NCBI GenBank assembly: GCA_905331295.1
Contig: CAJNYD010000014.1
Location: 62,001-126,000 of the forward strand
DNA length: 64,000 bases
Source: Rotaria socialis
Taxonomy: Eukaryota
Direction: 5' to 3'
Under the pieces are notes generated by a model. It was not told where the DNA came from. It saw only the letters and a program-made list of their open reading frames with translations, and made no database searches. This document shows positions 53,301-64,000 of this stretch, piece after piece. Both the position numbers and the translations under genes were made by a program. The stretch's first letter is position 1. Every line of letters starts with the position of its first letter.

Positions 53301-56300
53301 CTAGAGAAATGATAAAAAGAAATATATCAAATGAAAGTTTATTCCTTAGAAAATTTTTTGTTCGTTTTTCTATAAATAAATATGTCGCCGAGAAATCCCA
53401 ATGGAGTTCCTAGAACGACGATTGGATTACTTAAAATTTTGATAGAGAATTACGATTGTGAAAATCTTTAGATTGATTGAACAAAAATTTTTCAATTCTC
53501 GAGCTACTCATTATTTCATAGTATTAATCTATTATGATCTGATTAGGTTGAGTCATATTAGAAAAACAAAATAAGAAAAAACAAAAAAATGCTGAAACAT
53601 AACACATCTAAGCGTTGAATTAAGTCACGCTAGAAATGATCTGTCTATTTTCTTCGCTTCTTTTCTTTACCTATTTTGATACATTTCATTCATTTATTCA
53701 TTAATATATTTATATTCTCATAGAATATTCATCAAAAGAAATCATGCTTGAATAAATAAAATGCAATGAACTCTCCGTGATCATTTTCGAATATATTTAT
53801 AATTTTATTTAATAAACGAATTCATCTATAAAAAAAGGAAAAAAAGGAGCAACTAACCTGTAAATCTTGTTATATATTTCACAAGATAACTTGCATCGGT
53901 AATAACCATAATAAATAATATCGTTGCTGTCCATAGACCAATCCAACAACGAAAATTCATATAGTCATATCCATGAGTTCTACAATTAATATTAAATTAT
54001 TTTTCGTTTAAAAGAAAACAAAAAGAAGAAATTTCTGTTACGATCTTACGTGCAAAAATGATTGACAATGGTTTCAAAAACAAGTACAGGACCTGTACTG
54101 CCTAAGATGGTCAATGGTTGCCCAGCAAATAAATGATATAAAATACCACATATGGCGCCCGATAGAAGACTTTCAATTGCAGCCTTGAAAGAAAAAGAAG
54201 TTTCTATCATTTCAAAAACCTATCAGTATTTATTAAATACCATATTATTATCAGTTGCTTTACTTAAAAGACCGCCGAATGTAATAATGGGGGATAAACA
54301 AGCAAAATAAAGAAAAATAATTGCCGCAACTGATTGAAATGATATACCCTCCGTAAAATCTGAGATATAGAATGGTGCTTTACGTTTTATATCATCGATA
54401 AGACCACCACAAAATCTAATATACAAAAACAAAATACGAACAAAAATGAATGATTTCTTTTATTTTTTTAAATTGAATATGCCTAACGAACCTTCCTGTT
54501 CGAGCTAGTGATGGATCAAATTCATGTTCAACATGTTCCGTTACAGCCATCTGCGGAAGACCATTGGCTTTGTTTCGTTCCAGTCTGTCTTCCTATAATT
54601 GATTTCATTTAAATATTCGAAAGTTGACTGAAAACATATATCTTGATTTTACTTTATTTGGTACACTTTTCGGCGGTTCAATACGTGTTGTAGGATCCCA
54701 TTCGCCTGGTGGTAATACCGTGACATGATCAAGAAAATCATCAATACCTAGACATATCAAATTTTAAAGCATTTTCATTTTTTTTTGTTCGTCGATATTT
54801 CATAGTTCTCGATCTATTTCTTATTCGATATTTTTTATTTACGCTAACTATTTCTTAACTACATCACCTTTCTTAGTCACCTGCAAGTAAATCATCTCGG
54901 TTGCGTGCTCGATAAGCGATATCATGAAAAATCTAAAATGAAATTGTAAAGCAACATTAGAATGGAATTTATTTTTCTGCCAACTATATGTATATGTACA
55001 TACTTCATCGGCCATTAATGTGGCTATGGAACGTCCAACTTCATGATAACGTAAATGTTCATTACATGGTCCAAGAAGAACAAACAGAAAACGTGTTGGT
55101 AATGCAACTTCAACAAGATCAGGTAATGTTACGCCTTTTGCTAGACGAACAAATGCATAGATTGGCGCTTGAAGATAATCTACAGCACCAACTAAAACAT
55201 TTGTAGCTTCAGCATTTGCTGGAACTTTTTTCATAAAATGCAAATTGATCTATTAGAAACACAGTGACCGATTAAATACTCAAAGAACTTTTTTATTTAT
55301 CCTTTTTACTTTAACACGTGATTCAGCAGTTGGTAAACCGACAGTAGATTCGTCATTTTCACTTAATTTTGGCTTTGATTGCTCACCAATAGCGACTAAA
55401 ATAATTCTTAATTTTGTTTATTCATGAAATTCATAATTATCTATTTTCAAATTCATTAACGTTTCATTTTTGGATGGAAAAATTCTCATTCTCATGCACA
55501 ATAACTATTCGGGAGTTTTTTTCTTCTTTTAGTGCTTTTATGCGTGGCGTGAAAACAGCTCACAAGGGAAGGTCAAATAATGGAAAGCGCATCGCTGATT
55601 ACAATCAGAAAACATAAGGAAGGACTAAGTGTAAAATATGCTCACATACAAACGAAACATGGTGCGACAAACGGGATACGCATGAATAAATAAATAAATA
55701 AATAAAAAATACCTGACAGAAATTTGTCTACAGATGTTTGACCTGTTGCTATTATGAAATATTTGAGTACTTCTTTTTTATGATAAATTCTTTCGCTTTT
55801 ATTTTAAGTCTTACATTTAACAGTATGTGTTGGTGATTGACTTGGATTTGTTGCTAAAACTGAGCTACTCGCAGTTGATGTTAATGCTGCTTGTTCAGGA
55901 TTTGGTGCAGTTACATCTTTCTGTGAACGATTTCGTGAGAATTCTGCTAATGAACGTGTAAATGGTAACGGTTTTTTTATTTCTTGTGAGTGTAATTGTC
56001 GATGAAATTCTTTCTCATGCTAAATATCATATTGTTTTTTATATGAAATCATTCATGTGTGAAAATCAAAATAAACATACCTGATGGACATGTTTCAAAA
56101 GAAGTGCATTACGTACAATAAAACGTTTATCTGCTGTCAATAAATCATTAGCAATCAAATCATCAAGAATCATATCTAATTAAGAACATAATTCATACAA
56201 ATTACTATTCATTTAAAGATAATCGGTTACCAACCAGCAATAACAGGTAATTGATCAGCATGCATATCAAGTATGATGCTTCCTTTTGAGATAAAATTTC

Positions 56301-57090
56301 GTAGTTCAAGTAATGAATGTAATGATAATGTAGCAACATGTGGTTTACTCCATCGACCACCACTTTCAACGTCTTCTTCAAATTTTACCCATCTGAAAGA
56401 GACGCGTATAAATGAATGCTTTTTTTTCTTATTGCTTTTCTTAGATAAGAAAAATATATTCTATTCTACCTAGCAGTTTCTTTCCAACCGTGATCAACTG
56501 GTTCACCAGATTCATTGAGCTTTTCTCTATCAGCTACTAATTCATTTAATTCAATAAATAAATCATGAGGTTTATGTTCTTCATCATCAAATTCTTGATC
56601 TTCATCGCCAAGCAAAAATTGAACACGTGCACCGGGACTTTCTTCATAGAAAAAAAATAGGTTTTTACTATTGTAAATTTCAGAAAAAAAGCAATTTTTT
56701 ATTTTACGGGGTTCGGAATCATTCGTTCCATCAGATGTTACTGGTTTGAATGACGAGTCATTCTGCCCTATGGGTTGTCGTGACCGACGATGACGTTTAC
56801 GACGTCTTTCGTTTGGACCATATGTTGTTAAACTCGGTTGATGATATATCGATTTATGTCGATCTATATGTAAATTAAAATGCAAATCAAATGCTTTTAA
56901 TATGTAAAACTAAAGAATAAAGCCAAATCGATTTTCATCACTTACAATCGTCAGATACTATTGGCCGAGCTTCATTCCGTCGAAAGTCTGATATAGGAGT
57001 ATTTGCTGTTGCTGATGAATCAACATTTGTATGATCTCCACCAGTTGGTATCGGTGGACAAGTTGGAAATGCATCGAATGGCTCAGACAT
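50365..57090 (-). CDS. SLC4A: SLC4 sodium-coupled bicarbonate transporter (SLC4A7/8/10, NDAE1-like), many exons
   Basis: [111 protein letters not shown] and EQRLTG. The C-terminus is ETTKM*. Further upstream first exons cannot be excluded. Confidence 0.95.
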
Positions 57091-60000
57091 ATTTATATAA
57101 TTTGTTTTTTTTATCTTACTTCATATATATATATAATTCTAAAAGCGAAAACAAAAATAAAAAATATGATTCTTTAAGAAAGCAATACAATCAATACACG
57201 AAAGAGACATTGAGTAAGAAAAAACAACAATCACTTGCATACAAAATTTGACCTTAATAATTGGGAATAGATATATAAAGTTATCTGGCAAATTGCAAAC
57301 TAGATTCTGATTCTGCATTATAAAAAATATTCTGGATATAACAAAGAGGATGATGCGTCAAAATGGCAGCCAGAACCACTCTGAAACAAAGGAGAACCAA
57401 CAAAGAATTAAGGCGCTGCCATGAAAAGGTTATTGAGCGACCTTGGCAAGATAAGAATCGAGTAGCAAAGAATGCACTCATGTTCTATAATGAATATTAC
57501 TATTGAAAAACTTAGAATTTATAAAATATTTCTATAAGCAATAATAAAAAAAACCGAGCTTCGATCGATCAGGTAAAGAAGAAAAAAAACAAAATGATTC
57601 GGTGGTGGTATACAAAAACGTAAAATAAATATGCTCCAGGTGAGAAAATATAAAGTTGACGTCTACGATTTGTTTGATTTACACCTCTGATGAGTCACAA
57701 AATGGTTTTCTTCAAAGATATTTCTACTGAATAATAATAAGAAACTAGGATGCATATGCCACAAGACTATAGATTAAATAAAACCCATATATATATATAT
57801 ACTTATCTGGAATAAGATTACTTCTTATTTTCATCAAAAGTATTTAAAAGACTTCATCAAATATATACATGTTTATATGACCGAAATTATATAGCTCAAG
57901 CTATGTATTCATATTTTCAATAAACTATGACACATCAGCAGGCATTATGTTTGTTTTTCATCAAAAACTATCAAATAGAATCCTTATGAAGAGAAATAAA
58001 ATTTTACAAGAATATTTAGTATCTATCATGTTAGAAAAAGATAACTAATAAGCATCACTATGAAGACTTGCTATAAATCAAATATGACACGATGCGCAGC
58101 AGACAGCACGTTGTACTATCTTGCTCTCTGCCTTTCCGATAACTGTCTCTCACCAATCATCAACATATTTCAGTTCTTTTTCTATTTCTTTCTCTTTTTC
58201 CTCATCGCCATCTTCCGTTTTTCTTATAAGAAGAAGAAGAAAGACGATACCGACTGCAACTTTCCTCAGAAAACCAGCATTGCGTTCTCTCGTTATTTTT
58301 TTGCAACTGTCTGGCTCTCTTTCTCATTCTTCTGTTCTCCGCAACTGACTGCTCTATTAATAATGATGTTAGCTCGTAGAATGAATGAAAAGAAGAAGCG
58401 AAGAAGCGAAGAAGATATTTCAAAGAGTATATCGCCTATAGGAGCTCATCAGACGACCTACGCTAACTTAGAGTTTATGCTGCCTCTATTGATAAGTAAT
58501 TTTAATATGTGCAAGTGAACAAGAAACAGAAAAATAGAAATCTTAAACAAAATTACTCTCGCTGTTTTTCTAATAAAATCTAAAGAGAATCTTCGTATTC
58601 CAAAGTGCAATAATAAATAGTCTCCGATCGATGATTTGATTACCACTGATATTCAATCTGAAAGAAGAAAAAGAAAAATCTTAGTCGATTAATTTTATAT
58701 CGTCTACTAGAAAAATACAAGGAAAATACAAATAAATAAACAAACAAATAAATAAATAAATGATAAACAAATAAATAAATAGTATATTAGAATATTAAAA
58801 ATAATTTTGTATAGACATGTGTATATATTCTATTAATTGACTGCATTCATTACTTCAAGAAATGGGAAATAATAATAACAAAAAAAAATACTAATCAATT
58901 ATTCGTTGTGTAGTTTTTATAAGTAGAATAAATGAAGAAAAAACCTGTTGAGTACGTTAAACCGTACTGTACCCTACATTTACTAAAACTGAAAAAAAAC
59001 GACGAAAAATGTCTGCTGCTTCTCTATTAAAATATTAAAAGAATACTTTCGAGTGTAAACTACTTATGATCAAAGCAAAAAAAAATCCTTAAAAACAGCA
59101 ACTCAATCCCATGGTGATAGGTGAGTAAATACTATATTTTATATTAACCTTCGATTATTATTTTCCCTAATCGACATCACAACATTGATCTTGAATTTCA
59201 ACTGTTCATATTTAATGATTAAAAATATATCGTACTCGTATTCGCTTACGAACTTTGACTTTGAAACACGATCAGGAGGAGAAAAAGAACTAAATTATCC
59301 TTGCTTCTACTAGCGTCTTGTACTAAATATGATACTTACAATTGTATCTAGTACTCGTGCCGTGGTTCTCTACTTCATCTCCGATTTCATTCTATAACAC
59401 ATTCAAATTTAGATGCACAGTATTACACACACTTACAAATGATGTTTTTCTCACTTGTAGAAGTTGAAAAGAAACGGATTCAATGCATAGATAATATAAA
59501 TGGAATTAATTTCGTATCAATAATATGATTATCAATTGTCTTTTGCCTAGATTCCTCAAAGTTTCTTAGCATTGTTTTATTGTCTACTTATATGTATTAG
59601 GAAATGAATGATACTGTTAGGAAGAGTAGAAATCTATCGTTCGAAATAATATTTGAATAGAGTTCATTTGAAGACGAGGAAAACGTATCAGAAATTCGTA
59701 TTAGCTTATGGCAGCATAGCATGTAAGCAAGTATGAATCTACTGTTGTTTGTCAAAATAATTTTCTTTTTTTCTCCTTTCTTTCTTTCTTTCTTTCTTCT
59801 TTTTTTCCTCTCCGGTTATAGTTGTTCTTCCCAGTTTAGACGAGAGAAAGCGGCCACTAGCATGAATCGTACGACTATCACCATCGGAATAGAATAAAAT
59901 GCTTTTTCCGTTCTTATGAATGCTTGAATATGTGGCTAACTTTTTGTATGGCATAGAATTCTACTGTCTTGTTTTCATCTTGAACCTAACATCTTCAATT

Positions 60001-63000
60001 GAATCTTTCTTGAATGAACCGAAAACAAGATCTATAGACTTTTGTTCTCATTGTTTTTCATTTTGATGTTTGTGTATCGCTAGTACTGATAGTTAATTGA
60101 AAACTCATGCTAAGAAGTAAGATAGGAAGAAAGAAAGAACAAAAACGACAAAAATAATAAAAGTAGTAAAAGAAATATTTCATTATCTGCGATGTCCTGT
60201 TTTCTCATAATCTGATAAGCAAGAAAATCTGAGTAGTGCTAGATTTATTGAAGAAAGGTTTTTCTGTTTTGCTATTATTGATTAGGAATCTATTGAGCTT
60301 CGAAAAAAAGACAAGATCTTTGGGATTCATTCAGAAAAACTTCTATGTATCTATTAAATACTCTCGGCAACACTTCATCAAATATTCTTAATAAAAATTT
60401 TGTATAAAGGATACTTCCAAAGTTAATGAAATAAAAATAATTATTTACTCATTTATATAGAATATGTATATGGAGCATTACACGATCTATTTTTCAAATA
60501 ATATAATTATTTAAATGCGTAGATACGTAAAAAAAAGATTGAACAACATATAATGCAATTCAAGTTATGTCTGTGGCACTTAAAATTTCATTTTATTACT
60601 TCTATTAAAATAGGAGTCATAAGTGTCGAATATTCCAATGCATTATAAATAACATGAGTTAAAGTAGGTTCTTGCCATATAGTTTTCTTTTTTGGTCACG
60701 GTAAAAGTATATTTTTCTAGTGTTTTCAGAAGTATAAATTATAATTTATTCTAAGAAATATATTTAATTTAATCAGGTCTTTTGAAAAACAAAATTTGAT
60801 GCATAAATTAAAAATATAAATTCATCTTGTTTAAGCTATGCCGAAGGGAAAAGACATGTTTTTTTTCGTTGAGCAACTATCATACTCTATTTCATAATAA
60901 AAAAGAAGCCTCTGCGAAAAGGAATGAATTTCCTTTAGGATTAATTTATTTATTCAGCTAGAAATAAACCATTGAAACAGGCGATGTTGAATCAGTTGAT
61001 TGACTACTTGTCAAAATTAAGAATCATTCCCAGTATATATAACAAAGAAAAACTAAGATTTATTAGTCATATATCCGTTCTATTAAAGAAAAGATACAAA
61101 ATAATTTATTAGATTTTAAATTAATATAGATCAAAATTAAGTAACTGTTTGCTCTGTGGTTATTATAGAATTGAGAAAACAATTTATTCTATGTGTCATT
61201 TGCCACTTATTTAACACGCGACGACTGAGAGGAATACTTCCTATTTCGAACTTGAACTTTACTTTTACAATCATGAGTGCTATTTTAACCTTTTTTGAAT
61301 GAGCACATGTGTAATTTTTTTCTCAGTGGTTTTTTCATCATTGACAGGTAAGAAACTGGATTCATGTTCATTGTTGTTTATAATTCTATATATTAATTAA
61401 ACTACACGAACATACCATAGCATGACAAAATTTGATTAATTAATAATAATTTTGATGGTAGGGTGCCACTACTAGGTCATCCCGCTTGAAAACATTGATT
61501 GTTTCATTTAGTTCCAAAGTCGATTTTTCCCGATGAAATGAAAGAAAAGAAGAATGTTTAAATCATTATCAAACAAAAATTTTAAAACTTTCAACATTAT
61601 ATAATTCGTTGAATAGCAAAACAAATTTCATCAAATTCATATATAAAATATACACTAGCGACAATACTATACCACAGAGCTTTGAAATACCAAAAATAAT
61701 TTCTCAATTCATATAACGTTTTAATTGAAAATCTAAATAACAAACAGGCACTGATCTTTGATTACGTCTAAAATAATTTTTTTGGAAGATAAAATTCATG
61801 AAAATACTAGCCCATATATTTATATGTAATCAGTTAGTATTGGAATTGTGTTGTACATATATTATCGGGTTTTTTTTCTTTCGTTCATTGGTTAGTCCAT
61901 TTATATAATCGAATACACAGTGTCGACTCACAAGTCAACGTTTCCAGTGTCTGATGACTTTTGGCTCGAGATTATCAGTAATCGTTCGGTCTCGATGCAT
62001 ATCAGAAAATGATGTCTTGATTTAATTTTTTAGTCTTCACTTTGTTCAGTTATGAGCATTTTTATGTTCGTTCAAGTTGTATCGATTTAGAAAAAAACTT
62101 GTATGATCAAAATTTAGCCGTACATAGATGTTATAGTGATTAGAAATATTTCAAGTTTGGAAACTCGAATATATGTATTCTTATCAAGCTATTAAATTAT
62201 CAGACAAACGTTTTTTTTTAAACAGAAACCTCTTGTTAAATATGAATATAATAACGAAGAATGCTGTCCTTTTAGCTGAAATCTTGCAATCTTTCTTAGT
62301 AGAAACTATAAGATTTCTCTATGAACAACATGTCTGCTGAAAATGCGATCGTCTAGGCTTTCAAGGATTTTAATTTCATGAGGCATACATCAAATAAATC
62401 ACTCAATTATAACTCATCACGCAAACAACGGAAAGACATACCAAAACAGACTTTTGTTTATTTATCATCATGCTCGATCAAGTAATATTAGTTTACCACA
62501 AGAATCAGTTAGATACCTGAACTATATCATCTTGATGGGTGCATTTGTCTCTTAAAAATACGAATCATAGGTAACTAGAAAATATTCCCCATCACAGACA
62601 TAGGTATAGAAAGCAAAACAAGTTAATCGATGATCAGATATTTCTACATGTGACGATTTTGATTATGATAGCAATAGTTTCATTATATTTTATTTTCATA
62701 CTCGTATCAACAATCATTGAAAGGCATATAGTTGCTCATTTAAAAATTCAACCATGCATAAAATATATATATACTGAGGTAAAGGTGCGTACAATTATTC
62801 GAACAGCGTACATATCAAGACCGAGACGCATACAATGTAATTGTGCACAGACAAGTCAAGTAAAAGAATATTTATGCTTTGATAACATTTTTTTTTCTTC
62901 TGTTAAAACTTGACAACATAAATAGTAGTTAGGAAAACGTTCAATGTCAAAGATAATATCTAGAATTACAAGCTTAACGATAATGAACAAGTAGATTTCT

Positions 63001-64000
63001 ATTGAATTTGATTGTGTAAATAGTCTATACTGTGTAGGATTATTCGATTCGTTTCTTCCTTTGAAAGATCGAACAAATTTCTAACTGCTAATCATAGGCA
63101 TATTATACTTACAGAACATAATACTTCTGTATGAATTCATTTGACTAACCAAATACTTCACTTTGCATTTATAAGAACGATACCGTTAGAAAATTTCGTT
63201 TTGTGAACAGTCAATTACATCCTATTTATCTTAGAATATTGTTCGTATTTTAATTAATTAAAATTTAATTTTAGTTGACATGTAAAAAAAATGACGTACT
63301 TCCTTTGTCGATGAAAACCGGAATTGTGAAAATTTCCATTTGATAAGCTACATGTATATACTAATGTCACAGGTATTTTTAGTAGATTATTTCTTGGATA
63401 TGTCATAAAACTTAAAGATTTATATATTTTGAAGACAAAAAAGAAAATAATGAAAGTAGATTTTTCTTTTCAATTATTAAAAAGTTATCCTGGAGATCAA
63501 TGAAAAAATGAAATTGCTGTAGATTGTTCTCTATCATGAATCATCGATTAATTTATTTCACTCAAAAAAATGAATCTGCATCTTATTATAAATCCCATAG
63601 ACTAGATAGATCACCTTTCTTCTTACTTTGATATTGAGGTTCTATTGAAAACTATATATGCTACTTTATAACGCAAATCTGTTGCAGAAATACTCAAAAT
63701 GGGGTGCTTTTCTTTCTAAAATTAGAAATTACATGATAATCAAATATTAGTTTAGTTGTATTTTTTCTTATCGAAATTTTGAACCAACCAACAGAAAATA
63801 AGGCATAGATGATGCCGTTATTTCATAGTTTAAATGCATGTTTGATAGCAATAAAATTTAAAAATACATGTAACATATTGAGTTCTATAGTTTTCTTATA
63901 TTTCGATGCTGTATAATGTTATTTTCGAAATAGATACCCGTTTTTTTCCTAATAAGTGTTCTTGAAACTACTAAATAAAATAAAATAGATAGACACGACT

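Noticed and set aside
57281..64000. ORFs upstream of SLC4 (58060-58518, 59739-59954, 62650-62913)
   Set aside because: No domains, and several are driven by simple repeats. The region is probably SLC4 5' regulatory or intronic DNA.

Overview
AT-rich, gene-dense eukaryotic (metazoan) genomic DNA with many short GT-AG introns (mostly 50-70 nt). This architecture suggests a bdelloid rotifer, but that is inference only. Conserved spliced genes, reconstructed by hand: akirin, GRP94/HSP90B1, ORC1, a Polyhomeotic-like Polycomb gene, FPGS, a Yippee-like gene, a Ly6/uPAR GPI-anchored protein, FAM114, WDR45B/WIPI3, MRPL21 and an SLC4 bicarbonate transporter. There are also two orphan genes, a solitary 5S rRNA gene, an internally deleted hAT transposon with a perfect 8-bp TSD, and non-autonomous inverted-repeat elements resembling three other superfamilies (CMC/EnSpm x2, Sola2, Kolobok). 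I found no CRISPR array or prokaryotic-type system, and no clearly new multi-gene system. The best leads are an operon-like WDR45B-MRPL21 junction, an in-frame TGA in a spliced orphan gene, a G-to-D change in the conserved HSP90 GTIAKSGT motif, a BAH-less ORC1, an AT-hook in Polyhomeotic, a 15-nt SLC4 microexon and a 5S/transposon cluster. CDS coordinates are start-to-stop spans including introns.
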